Source of the DNA: Ginglymostoma cirratum
Taxonomy: Eukaryota
Assembly: GCA_024137785.1 (NCBI GenBank)
Contig: JAHRHZ010000022.1
Location: 32,096,511 to 32,160,510 of the forward strand
DNA: 64,000 nucleotides
Reading direction: 5' to 3'
Part shown: positions 40,483 through 53,725 of the stretch, one piece after another
Position numbering within the stretch: the first letter of the stretch is position 1
How the letters are laid out: every line of letters begins with the position of its first letter
The notes under the pieces: generated by a model
What the model saw: the letters and a program-made list of their open reading frames with translations, nothing else
Told to the model about the DNA's origin: nothing
The model's database searches: none
Translations under genes and position numbers: made by a program

Positions 40483-43400
40483 GGTTTTAAGTTCAAATTT
40501 GCCTTGGAACAGTAGAATCTTACATTAGGTGATAGCATGATGTATTGTTTTCTATATTGGAGAAAACCGTTATATGTAGTATTGAGTTTAAGAAGAACCA
40601 AAATGTTAAAGTAAGTTTAAAAATTAAGAGCTTTGTAATATCCTTGCTGGGTGATATGTTACATTGCCTATTGATTTGTTTAGCACTTAACTAATATAAC
40701 GTGAAAGGAAAACATTAAACAAAAGGAAATCGGAACCTTTAGTAGCTTAGTTTTTCAGAAGAAAGTCTAACAATTTGAACAGAATCCCAGGGTTTCCCAT
40801 TCATTTCTTTAATAATGCAATTATATTTCATAGATTGAAATCATTTGGAACACATAAAGAGGCCATTCAGTGTATTGAGCTTGTGCTATCTCTTTGAAAG
40901 AGCAGACATGATTAGACAAATCTGTGTTTTTGTCTGTAACTCTAATTTGCTAAAGTACCCATATAGCTCTTAATTTTAAACAACCTAGCAATGAGCTTCC
41001 ACTAACCTTCTCAGTTGAAAATTTCCAAATCAGACAAATATTGCTGAAATAAAAGAATTTTCAAATAAAATTTTGCAATGAAAATGTCTGATAATGTCAG
41101 CTGTCAACCATTCCACTTTACTGGTGATCATTAAGGTTTACCTCTGGAGGAAGCTGAAAAGAACATAAGCCATAGCCTCAGTGAACTGTCATCATTTTAC
41201 CGGGACAATGTGGATTCTCACTGTCACTGTCTTGTCATAAAAGAAAATGCAGTTGAAACAGGTTTCCTGCAACTAAGACATAAAAGACTTTACTTTGTCG
41301 ACCCACTGTCCAATAAGGAATGGTCTAATCACGTTTTTCATGATGTTTAAAAACTGTGAATGTTCATAATTTAAACGCATGGGAGTTTAATTAAGTGCTG
41401 TGATTGTCTGTTCCCCGACACTTGGCCATCTTCAGAAATATTATATTTTGTGTATTTAGAAATCTACTGGAACAGTTTCTCCTTGCTAGAAAAGTATTCC
41501 TCTCATGACTTCATATAACAATGCAGCTGAACCACAAAAGCATTTTTATATGGTTATGTAAGGCAACATTGATTCTTGCATTGGATCACTTGGTTAATTA
41601 TATTGGGCTATACATTACAATTTAACTGACAAATCTATTTTTCCTTTGTGATGCATGCATAACACAGTAGCTTAAAGACAGATCCATATTTCGAGTTACA
41701 AATTTGCTTGGATATTCATACATATGTAAGACTACTTTTTTAAAACTTGGTGAAGGACAATAATCATCAAAAGCAAAATATTGTACAGCGGGAACAAAAA
41801 ACAGGATTGTTGAACAATTTTAATATTATTATGAACTTGAAATGTGGGATGATGCTTTATGTTAATTAAAGAAAGGATAAACTACCTTGTGCTGTTTGTA
41901 GGATCACATTATTTTTCAATTTTTGCAAGTAGATATTGCTGTAAAATTAATGTAGGGGCAACGCAACTGAAATTAGTTTTCCGAAAATTTGCTTCTGGAG
42001 CTTTTTGGTACCCTTGAGCATTTTCTAAGTTTGTGTTTAATCACAGAATCTCAGCCATGATTTCTGTGACAGGTAATTTCCTTAATGTTGCTGACAGTGA
42101 TGGATTACAAGAAAGGCTATTGGATCCTATGCTTTTGTCTGGAAGTGATAAGACTAGATTAGAGTTATCTTGGTAAGAGTGCTCAGAACGATATTGCTAT
42201 CTAATAAGTCCCTTGATAATACAGCAACTTGTACTGGGAGAAGAAATTCAGAACCAGATGGGATGTGCTAACCAGTTAAAAAATTTTGCGCATCACAACA
42301 CCTTGTGGTAACATCTGGTCTTTGCAAAAAAATGCAATATTCAAGTCATGGCTTACAGAGGGCTGGAAACTATTAAAAAATTATGTCTTTATCAATGCTT
42401 TTGCCTGGTGAAACATTTTCTGTATTGAATAATTAAGTTGTATTTTCACTTCAACCTAGGTATGGCTCCACTGTTTAAAATATTGTTTTCTACCCTGAGT
42501 ATTGAATAAATAGTCTATATGCATTGAAATTCAATATTTCAGTTCATTTCACGAACTAAATAAAACCCTAAAACAGCAATAAAAGCTCAGGTTCATTTCT
42601 TCATATCTTGAGATTGGTACCATTTTCCTTCTGTGTAGGTTCATGTATAGAGTACTCCTAAGAGTGCATTTCTGAACAAAAATGTTATACCTCAGGGGAC
42701 CTACCAGCTCTAACTGGTCTTTCAGACATGAAGTGTAGAATGTAGCTCCAGGGTTACAGAAATGTTAGGATTGTTCAAAGCCATAGGAAGGCATTATCGT
42801 GCAGAGAAAGTCAGACTTGTAATAAGACTTTTAAATTTAGAAGGTAAAATACAACCACATTCCACTTTAATATACATTTTATCCTTATCAGAGTAGAATT
42901 GAAAGGTTTATTATCTGGGTAGTTTGTAGTTGGATAGTAATAACATTTTAATTTTGTAACTGGTAGAGGAAATAGTGCAGAAAAGTTTAATTTAGGATAT
43001 CTTCTTACAAATCGTTCTGATCATGGGTAACTATTCAATCAAATCGACTCTAATTATCCAGAAAGGTCCATCCAATATTAGTGAGTCATACATAAAGCAA
43101 GGTCTAGTCTGATTTTAAAAAAGGTAGCAGAAAGATTTTGTCTTGACCAGCATTGTGATACTGAGCTAATAACTTATTGAAAGGAAATAACGATTTGCTT
43201 TAGCGGTTTAGATCTGGCTCCACATTTTGATAGGCTCGGCTGATTTCAGATTGAACCATACTGAATACCAAGGCACGTTTAGTCATGGCCTTGTCACTGA
43301 TTAAATTCCCAGCTGACATTCAAACACACCAGCCACGTGTGAGATCAGTTTCATGAATTCTCAGACAACTTGAAAAATATTCAACTCATACACATGTTCT

Positions 43401-46197
43401 GCTCATAACCTTGGGTCATTTTGCTACAGTCATGGTTGGTCGGAAATTAGATAAAACTAAATGTAAAAATAGCAATTTTATTCAACTACATTTTAGCTTG
43501 TACGGCAAACGACAGAATACCAAGGATGTTTGTGAAAAGGACAAATGTGATCCTTTCTCAAGCATATGGCAGCTGTGCATTTAAACCTAATAAAATAAAT
43601 GAATACTTGATCAATTTTTTTGGCATGACACAGTGGGAGGTTCTTTTATTTTGTTATGGCAAATTGAGTTTTGCTATGAAAAATTATTTTTAACAAGTGC
43701 AGGGAAGTAGATCAAGACATTAGAAACAAAACCAGTAGTGTAAAAAATGATAAAATGTAAAGTGACAGATTGCTGGCACTGTGTGCAGTGAGAATTAACT
43801 AGTTATTTATTTATGTTCCCTAACTCTCTTTGTTTGAAGAGCAAACATCTAAAAGTGTTATTTCTTTGATCTGGTTATTTTGCATTTTCTCTAGTATTTT
43901 ATTTAGCTCTTCCTTTAGGGTGAGAATAATTTAAAATAATTTTGAAGACAGAATATTAACACTTAATGTATTTTATTTGATAAATATGATGGGTAAAGAT
44001 TCATTACTGTAAGCAAAATATGTTGTACTGCAACAAATCTCCAGGTATTAAAAATATCAATGGTTAAGAACCCCAGTAAAAGATTAGATTCCTTATATGT
44101 TCCTTATCCATTGAGAAGGTTCTGATGCATTGGATGAAATTACTCAGTGAAATGTATCAGCTTTGTGGCTAATGAAAGTGGAAAGCTTAAAAAAGGACTT
44201 TAAAGTCCTGGAAATCTCACTAAAAAGAAATCATATCATAGAATCATAAAACAGAGAAGAATGCCATTCAGCCTACAGTGTCTGTGCCAACTTGTTGAAA
44301 GTACGATCCAATTAATCCCAGTCCCTGGTTTTTCCCTACAGCCATGCAATTTTTCTCTTTCAGCCGACATGATGTTTCCTATTGAACATCGCTACTAAAC
44401 GTATTTTCATCCTTCTTTCAGTTATTTGCATTCAGGTTTATAAGAAGTCAATTCCTGAAAAGATTCTCACCGTCCACTTGTTTCTTTACCCCAATTATCT
44501 CAATATCTGTTTTTTCTGTATATCAAGCTCCCTGCTGTAGAAGACAGTCTCTCCTTATCTACCCTAACAACATGTTGCATAATTTTGAACATCACCACTC
44601 AATCTCCCCATTGCCTTTGTTTCATATGTACAACATCAATATAATTCAGCATGAGGACTTTACTGAAGTGAAACCTAAGATGTCTGCCTTCAAAGAGTGT
44701 GCCTCATGGTAGTGGTCACATTAGCATGGCGAGCAAGGAAGGATATTTGCATATTATTGCATTTCAAACTGAACAACCTTCTGTGCTCCAAGTAGAGCAT
44801 GTGCACCTTCTTGAGTCTTTTCATGTAACCTTATTCTTCATTTTTTGTACCATTTTGCGAAATTTCAACACCACCTTCTTCAAGGCTTTAATATACTTTC
44901 CAAATGAGGGTAAGCTGATTAATCTGATGCTTTGCCTCAGGTTTAATCAATGCTTTGTATTATAAGTGCCTATTTACCAAGGGTTCATAATACACTTGTT
45001 CTGCGAAAATGGAAAATACACACTTATCCCTTGGCCACTCTACCCAACAAATTTAGGCTATGAATCAGTGTGGTATTAACCACATCTTGTTTCTTCTTTG
45101 TTTTATCAGAAAATCAAATTCTGGTAGCAAAAGTGCTGAATTATTTCATGCCCTAAAGCAAGAGCAATAGCAGCTGAGAATGTTCTTACATACTTGGCTA
45201 CTTGATTACATCTGAGCATTTGAGGTATGTGATGCGTGAACATGTGCTAAAATGGGATAGCTGCCAGGTACTGAAAAATTTGCACAGGCCGTGTACAATG
45301 AGAAAATGAATGAAGATTATTTTTAATAATTTATGCTTATGCTCAGAAAGGAGCGTGTCAAGCAATGTGGGCTAATGTATTTCTCAACATAATGGGCTTT
45401 CCAGTCGTTCGAAGGGAGGTGGTGAGAAGGCGAAATTGCGGCACTGGGCAGAAACTCAACGTGGTCTCAACAAAGCTGGATGAGAAGGTCCATAGGCAAC
45501 ATTCTCAAATTAAAAAAAGAAGCTAAGAAAAGAAAATTAAGATCCTCAATTGATGAATTAATGGTCACTTAAGGGCCTCAACCCACCACATCTACGATCA
45601 TCAGCCTTCCCATTGGGAGAGAAAGGTTTCTCGCTTCCAGCCAGGAAACCATGTAGACTCCACCTGCTGCGTCGAGTGGGGGGTGGGGGGGAGGATGTGT
45701 GAAGGTGGTTTGGAGGGCTTGCTGAACTTTTCTCAACCTGTGGAAAATTGGAGGCACAATAGTGAGCAAAAGGGTGATTTGTGAAAGCCTGTGTTCGCCT
45801 GCAAAACTCCACGAGAAAGAGTAAAGAAAACATACATTCTCGCTGTTGGATCATGTGAACAGTAGACTTCAACCAGCTGACATTAGGGCCCAGAAGCTAC
45901 TGGTCTCTGATTAGCCAGAAGCAGTGGCAAGGCCTGTGATAGGGTGGGATACTCTCACTTGTCTCATGGGTGAGTAATCACCAAATAAACAGCAATACTT
46001 GCCACTTAACACACTCGCCCCACACTTCAAAAGTGATTAGACAAATTCCACCCATTCTACAGTCATATTTCAAGCTCATTCTTTAATAATATTGACGTAT
46101 GATAATTAGACAGCAGCATTACACCTCCCAGTCTCCTAAACATTAACCTCTTACATGAGACTTTATAAATAACCTTCTGAAAAGTCAAATACTCCAC

Positions 46198-46814
46198 AAC
46201 AAGCATGGGGCTGGATGAACACAGCAGGTCAAGCAGCATCATAGGAGCAGGAAAACTTGACGTTTCGGGCCTAANNNNNNNNNNNNNNNNNNNNNNNNNN
46301 NNNNNNNNNNNNNNNNNNNNNNNNNNNNNNNNNNNNNNNNNNNNNNNNNNNNNNNNNNNNNNNNNNNNNNNNNNNNNNNNNNNNNNNNNNNNNNNNNNNN
46401 NNNNNNNNNNNNNNNNNNNNNNNNNNNNNNNNNNNNNNNNNNNNNNNNNNNNNNNNNNNNNNNNNNNNNNNNNNNNNNNNNNNNNNNNNNNNNNNNNNNN
46501 NNNNNNNNNNNNNNNNNNNNNNNNNNNNNNNNNNNNNNNNNNNNNNNNNNNNNNNNNNNNNNNNNNNNNNNNNNNNNNNNNNNNNNNNNNNNNNNNNNNN
46601 NNNNNNNNNNNNNNNNNNNNNNNNNNNNNNNNNNNNNNNNNNNNNNNNNNNNNNNNNNNNNNNNNNNNNNNNNNAACTTGACGTTTCGGGCCTAAACCCT
46701 TAGGCCCGAAACGTCAAGTTTTCCTGCTCCTATGATGCTGCTTGACCTGCTGTGTTCATCCAGCCCCATGCTTGTTATCTCGGATTCTCCAGCATCTGCA
46801 GTACCTTTTATCTC
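46198..46814. mobile_element. Perfect fold-back PLE-terminus short element with TSD
   Basis: Identical inverted arms meeting at GGGCCTAA-ACCC-TTAGGCCC; flanking direct repeat TCAAATACTCCACAAC at 46185-46200 and 46813-46828. Confidence 0.85.
46275..46674. other. Assembly gap (400 N); the flanks overlap
   Basis: AACTTGACGTTTCGGGCCTAA is present on both sides of the Ns. Confidence 0.97.
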
Positions 46815-47454
46815 AAATACTCCACAACCATTGTTTCTCCCTTATCTATTCTACTTGTTACATTCACAAAAAAAAACCAGTAGATTTGTCAAATATGATT
46901 CCCCTTTCGCATATCCACATTAACTTTGTCTAATCTTGTTGATATTTCCTAATGTCCTGTTATCGCACCTTCATAATATACTTCAAATTTCCCCTGTTAC
47001 TAATGTTAAGCTAACAAATCTGTAATTGCCAGTGTTTTCCCTCCATCTTTTTAAAAATAGTGGGGTTACACTTTCCACCTTCCAAGCTGGTGGAACTGTA
47101 CCAGAATTAAAAGAGTTTAGAAAGATGGCAGCCAAATCATTCTCTATCTCTGTGTCTATCTGCTTGAGTACCTTGGGATTTAGATTATCAGCCTCAGGAG
47201 ACTTATCAACTTTCAGTCCTATTAATTTCTCCAGCACACTTTTACGTATTCTAATTTCACTTAATTCCTCCTTTTGAATCCTTTCAGTCTCATTCCCTGA
47301 CATATGTTCAGATGAAATTAATTCTCCTTTGGAGCAATTTAGTTTTTGCATTTTTGAGCTATATCTGTGTGGATAACTAACTTTAATAGTAGGCAAATAC
47401 ATGCAATGGCATCAAGCTAAATGAAGCTCAAAAGTCTGTAGATTTCAGTTCTGG

Positions 47455-49520
47455 TAATTGGGGACATGATGACATAGAGGCATTGTCACTGGGCTTGTAA
47501 TTGCAAGACGTGAGCAATGTTCTGGGATTCACGGTTCAAATCCCAAAATATCTCATGGTGGGATTTGATTTTTGTAAAAGATCTGGAATGGGAAATCTAT
47601 TGCTGATCATAAGAAACATTGTCATAAAAACCGTTCGGTTCATTAATGCCCTGTCCTTATCTGGTCTGGCGTGCATGCTTACCTATGACTCCACACCTAC
47701 AATAATGTGATTGATTCTTACTGCCCTCTGAGATAGCCCAGAAAGTCATTCACTAGTATCGTTCCACTTAAACACCTCAGCAATGGAATGAAACCAGATA
47801 GACCAGCCATGATCGACTTAGACACCAGAAAAGAAAATGGCAAACTCAACCCTGTTGACCCTGGAAAATCCTCCTTATCAATATGTGGGGACTTTTTTTT
47901 CTAACAGACTTGTCAGTCATTCTCAGAAAATTGTGCCTTACACAATCTGTGTGGAGATAAAGTTCTGTCTTCACAATCAGGATAGCCTCCATGGTGCTGT
48001 GTGACAACATTACTGCGCTTTAAACAAATCTAGCTGCTCAAGGCTGGGCATACACGAGGTGCTATGGGCCATCAGCAACAGCAAAATTTTATTCAATCAC
48101 AATCCGCAACCTCATGGCCTGGCATATTCCCAACATTACTATGACAATCAAGCCTAGGGATCCACCTTGGTTCAATGAAGAGATGCAGGAGGGCATGCCA
48201 GGAATAGCACCAGGCATACCTGAAAATGAGGTATTAACGTGATGAAGCTACAAAGTAAGACAACTTGTGTGCCAAACAACATAAGCAGCAAGTGTTAGAT
48301 AGAGCTTGGCAATTCCACAACTAACAGATCAGATCTAAGCTCTACAATCCTGTCACATCTCATTGTGAATGGTGGAAGACAATTAACTAACTCGCTGGAA
48401 CATGAAGCTCCACAAATAACCCCATCTGCAATTTTGGGGGAGTCCAACACATTGATGCAAAAATTAAGGTTGAAATGTTTGCAACAATCTTCAGCCAGAA
48501 GTGCCAAGTGGATGATTGATCTCAGCCTCCTCCAGGGGACCCAGTGACAGAGATGCCAGTCTTCAGCCAGTTTGATTGTCTCTACATGATATCCAGATTA
48601 AGCTGAAAGCACTGCATACGACAAAGGCCAGCAATTGTGCTTAAGAGGCTCAGAGTCTAAAGGTATGTAACTTACCTTGTGATTCCCAAAGCCTTTCCGC
48701 CATCTACAAGGCAAAGTTATGAGTGTGATGGACTACTCCCCACTTGCCAGGAGGAGTACAGCTCCAACAACACTCAAGAAGCTTGACACTGTCCAGGATA
48801 AAACTACCCACTTGATTGACGCCACTTCCATTAATGTTCACTCCTTTCACTGTCGACCCTCAGCGGCAGCAGTGTGTATCATCTGCAATATGTAGTCCAG
48901 GAATTTGGGGGAGGCACGGTGGCTCAGCAGTTAGCACTGCTGCCTCACAGCACCAGGGACCTGGGTTCAATTCTTCCCTCAAGTGCTCCAGTTTCCTCCC
49001 GCAGTCCAAAGATGTGCAGGTTAGGGTGGATTGGCTATGCTAAATTGTCTATAGTATCCAGGGATTTGCAGGCTCGGTGGATTAGCCATGGGAAATGCAG
49101 GGTTAGGGTAGGGCCGTGGGTCTGGGTGAGATGCTGTTTGGAGGGTTGGTGTGGACACGATGAGCTGAATGGCCTGCTTCCTCACTGTAGGGATTCTATG
49201 AAATTCACCGACGCTACTTAGAAGGCAACTTCCAAACCCAAACCCCATCTAGAAAGACAAGAGCAGCAGTATATGAGAATGCCACCTTTTTAATGACCCC
49301 TGCAAGCCACTCACTATCATGACTGGGAAATATATCACTGTTCCTTCAGTGTCAATGCGTCAAAATCCTGGAACAGCCTCCTAATGGCATTCGAGGTTTT
49401 GGTACGTCACATGGATTGCAGTGATTCAAGAAGGCAGCTTACCACTACCATCTCCAGGGTAACTCAGAATGGGCGAGAAATGTTAGCCGTACCAGTGACC
49501 CATACATCCTATGAATAAAC
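47455..49520 (+). mobile_element. Internally deleted CR1/L2-group LINE with a tRNA-like 5' head
   Basis: B box GGTTCAAATCCC (47533-47544); ORF remnants KSSLSNMWG, TIKPRDPPWFNEE, FATIFSQKCQVDD, SVMDYSPLA..APTTLKKLDTVQDK; 3' tail CCAGTGACCCATACATCCTATGAATAAA. Confidence 0.7.
48910..49201 (+). mobile_element. HE1-like V-SINE
   Basis: GGCACGGTGGCTCAGCAGTTAGCACTGCTGCCTCACAGCACCAGGGACCTGGGTTCAATT...GGGATTCTATG; nested in the LINE. Confidence 0.9.
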
Positions 49521-50834
49521 AACAAAATATTGTGTGAACCAAGGTTTCTGTTGGAAGTTTTCTGTTCTAGATTCACCAAGGAAAAAATATCAGCCAAGAT
49601 TCCCTGTTCTCAACTTATTATCCAGTAATCCTGCTGGAAAATACGGTCTGAAAATCTGCAGTCATGGGGTGGATTCTTGCTCTAAGCCGAGGAGGAGATG
49701 GTTGGAATGATCACACACTCATCTACGTTAGCTCATAGATATGTGCTGACCTTTTTTTTTTGCGATGGCATTGAGGAAGCAGAGTCTTGTCTTCACCATC
49801 ATTAACATAAATAGGAGAGAAATATGTTTCCCTCGCCCTTATGAATGGTAGCTTCTGGATCCTCAGTCATAACCTTAATATTATTGGAATACTCGGCCAC
49901 AAGTGGCAGATCCTGAAATTCAAGTTTGGGTTCTGTGTGGAATTCAGAATTTTGTTTTGAGGGGAGAACTGAATTGCAGCAGTTCTCCTTTGGAAAGAAT
50001 CTACTTGTCGGATGGTTATTCATTAAAAGGTCCACCAGCTGAAACCTGTAAATTTCAAGTAGATCAGCGGTTCCTTTATACTTACATTTATCCAGCACTA
50101 ACATCCCATTTTATGGCATAGTTAAATCTCTAACTTTTGTTCCTTATTATCCTCAGGATAACAGGTATTTTCACATCCACTTTTAAAATAGCACGTGCTG
50201 ACTTTCAAAGAGACCTGATCATATTGAGGGTAGTGTGTAATTTAACAAATTTCAATTAAAGTGCGCACTCCTTGATTCAGTAACCTTCTTAAATATGAAC
50301 GCAAACTCTACTTCAATACATATGCAGTAAAGTTAATAACCAGCTGTTTTTGTCAAGTGTGCCCTTAAGGGGAAACATATTATGACTGATTGGCTTTGTA
50401 CAAAGAGGAAGACACAAAACATCTAACTGGATCTATGGCTGAACTCCTTTTCAGAATCACAATATCTTGTCTTTCTGATAATCTGTCACAAACTGATGGA
50501 TTTTACAGTTGCAATGTTTGAAGACCTGTATTAAGGAACTAAATAAATATTTACCTCTGTTATACATGTAGCACAGTAAAGATTATGGGCATCCAAGAAT
50601 TTACTGCTCAGCTCCATTTACTCCCAATTTTGTCATAATTTAAAAGTAAACAACAGAAAAGAAGACTTTGTGTTAAGGCCGTGATGCATCGTAAGATTCA
50701 GATGTCAAAAAACACTTAACTCTGTTTTGTGGCTTTATTGTCATTTGAACTATTCAATATTTTTTGGGCCTGCAAAAGTCTTCTAGCTACACATCTAGTA
50801 AATATTTGTTGGTTAGCTTGAGGTTTACAAGGAT

Positions 50835-52680
50835 AGAGCGACTCTTATCAAAGACAAAAAAATGCCATCAAACAATGCTAGGGGGAGCACTTAATAGACC
50901 TCCTCAACCTGCGATAGGGTTAGAGTTAACCAGGGCTCTGTTGTCGATCCGAGCATCTTTGAACGCATCCCGCAACATGCTACATGCCACGAGCGCAGCA
51001 ACACCCCAGTCCTGCACAAAGTATAGTCAGCCGTCTGCCAGCTTAACAACATCGAGGGAGCCGACAATATCCTCGCTGAGGCATTGAAGAGGCGAAGGAC
51101 TCCTGCCTGTCTGCCTTATTTGGAAGGTGGAGAGCATCCTAGGACAACTCCAAGATGCCTCAGTTGTGAACATTGTCAAACAAGGGAATAAGTCTGACTG
51201 TGGTAACGACAGGGGTATCTCCCTTCTGTCGACAATTGGAAAAGTCATTGCCAAGTTCCTCCTCACCCGCCCCCTCCCTGTGGCTGAGGAACTCCTCCAG
51301 GAGTCACAGAGTGGCTTCCTGCCACGGAGGGGCACAATGAACATGACATTCACAGCGCAACAGCTGCAGGAGAAATGCAGACAAAAGAACCTACCCTTGT
51401 ACATGACCTTCTTTGACCTTACAAAGGCGTTTGATGCCTTCAATCCAGAATCATTATGAAGCATCCTTCTCCGCTTTGGCTACAAAACAACGTTTGCCAC
51501 CATTCTTCACTGCTCCACAACGATGTGGGAGTCGTGGTAATGACAAACGGCTCCATCACTGACCCATTCCCCGTTCGGATCGGTGTCGAGCAGGGCTGTG
51601 TAATCACTCCAACACTGTTCTCGATCTACCTTGCTGCAATGCTTCACCTCACCGCCAACAAGCTCTCCACTGGAATGGAGCTAACTTACAGAACCAGCGG
51701 GAAACTATTCAACCGCTGCTGCTTTCGAGCCAAAACCAAAGTCACCCCAACCAGTGTCATCGAGCTGCTGTATGCAAATAATACTTGAGTACGTGCAAAC
51801 TCAGAGGACCAACTCCAGACCACCGTCAGCACCTTTATGGAAGCACATGAGAGCACGAGTCTCACCCTGAACATCCGCAAGATGAATGTCCTCCACCAAC
51901 CTGGCTCGGCACAGCGGAGTAAACCCCCATCATCAAGGTCCAGAGGGAGGCCTTGGAGAACGTTGACTATTTCCAATACCTCAGGAGTGTCCTGTCGACC
52001 AAAGCAGCTATTGATGAAGAGATCCAGCACCGCCTCCAGTGTGCTAGTGCAGCCTTTGACTATTTGAGGATTTCAAGAGCATCAGATTCTACACTGAGAT
52101 CATGGTTTACAGAGCGGTGACTGTTTCCGCTCTCCTTTTATGGCTCTGAGACATGGACTGTCTATAGCAGACACCTCAAGGCACTGGAGCAGTGCCACCA
52201 ATGCTGCCTGTGCAAGACCCTGCAAATAGGCCAACATCCCGAGCACCAAGGCGCTGACCAGCCTTGTTCAGCTACGATGGGCTGGGCACATCGTCCACAT
52301 GACTGACATGAGACTCCCCTGGTAGGTGCTCTATTCCCAATTCCAAAACAGCAGGCAAGCCCCAGGTGGACAAAGGGAGATGCTTCAATGATACCCCCCA
52401 GGCCTCACTGGCGAAGTGCAGCATTTCCACAGTCACCTGGGAGTCACTGGCTCAAGACCGTCCAGAGCAGAGGAGGACCATCCAGAAAGGTGTCAAGCAG
52501 CTCGAGACTTGCCGTCAGCTAAAAGCGCGCTGCTAGCCCAATGCCCCACCAACCCCTTCCCATGACCTTCTTCTGCCCCAAGTGTGGCAGATCCTGCAGA
52601 GACTGCACAGCCATCGACAGCCTCACCCTGAGAGTGGAAAAGGGTCATCCTTGTCTTTGAAGGGCCGCCAATGATAGTGA
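50835..52680 (+). mobile_element. RTE-clade LINE, 5' truncated and decayed (RT + C-terminal zinc-finger-like motif)
   Basis: EHLIDLLN; GNKSDCGNDRGISLLSTIGKV...QSGF...QLQEKCRQKNLPLYMTFFDLTKAFD; GVEQGCVITPTLF; LLYANN (decayed YADD); CPKCGRSC near the end. Confidence 0.9.
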
Positions 52681-53394
52681 TTACAAAAATCAATGAATAT
52701 AATTAATTCAAATTAAACCTTGATTGTCATCATGGTACCATCTCTCACAAAAGCATAATAAATACAATTTACAGTATAAAGATAGAGGATAGAAATGTGT
52801 TTTTAATTGATATATACTTTGAAATGATCAAGAAGTACTATATGGAAATTAATATGTCCATTAGGAAGAATATAAGTACTACTTCTCAGTTAACTATCCA
52901 AAATACACATTTTAAGAAGAGTAGAATGGCAATTAATTGAAGGGCAATAAATGAACAATTAAAATAAGATTTGAAGATGCTGGAAAACTCAATGGGTCTG
53001 GCAGCATTTATGGAGTATGAAGCAGAGCTAACATTTCAGACAATATCCTGGCTCAGAGGGGCTCTGATGAAATGTGATATTGCTATAAAAATGGTCTGTG
53101 GCCGATATCTGATCAAACATAAGCGGAAAATATGAGAGTGAGGATGAACAAGTCGAAGAATCATAGAAGTGTTACTTTGAGGAATGCTATTCGGACCATT
53201 GTGTCAGCACTAGCTCCTGAACTGAACATATCACCCAGTCCCTCTCTCCTGTTTTCTTCCCCATACCTTTGCAAATTATCCTTATCCATATAATCATCTC
53301 TCTTGATTCGGTATAAGATAAAAGCAGTGAAGAACAGAACTTCTTTAGAGTGAATACTCCTGGAAGAAAACTGACAGAGAATTTAGATAAATTC

Positions 53395-53725
53395 GAAAGC
53401 AAAATGCCACAGATGATGTAAATCTAAAAACAAAAAGCCAGAGCACACTGTAAATACTCACCAGTTCAGGCAGAATCTGTTCAGAAAGAAACATGTTTCA
53501 GGTCAATGACCTTTCATCAGAATTTCTAAAAGGGCTATAAGATCTAATTTAAAGATACAGGCAACTGAGAAATGGAAATGATAAAGTTCCACAGGATGTA
53601 TAATTACAACAGCAAGGAATTCTGATGAAAGGTCTTTGACCTAAAACATCAACTTTGATTTTTCTCTCCACACATGCTGCATGACGTGTTGAGTATTTTC
53701 TGTTTTTATTTCTAATTTCAGCAAG
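53395..53725. mobile_element. Older inverted pair of PLE termini with two decayed hammerhead motifs
   Basis: Minus 53520-53493: CTGATGA-A-AGGTC-ATT-GACCT-GAAAC. Plus 53622-53650: CTGATGA-A-AGGTC-TTT-GACCT-AAAAC-ATC. Confidence 0.7.

Larger units (their letters stand above)
46135..47330 (-). mobile_element. CR1 LINE RT-region fragment, interrupted by a palindromic element
   Basis: LIGLKVDKSPEADNLNPKVLK...WKVESVTPLFLK...GNYRFVSLT; continues left of the insertion as YLTFQK (cf. YLDFQKAFD). Confidence 0.8.

Noticed and set aside
44194-44209. 16-bp perfect palindrome AGGACTTTAAAGTCCT
   Set aside because: About one such palindrome is expected by chance in 64 kb.
48910-48985. tRNA gene
   Set aside because: The A/B boxes belong to a V-SINE head, and there is no complete cloverleaf.
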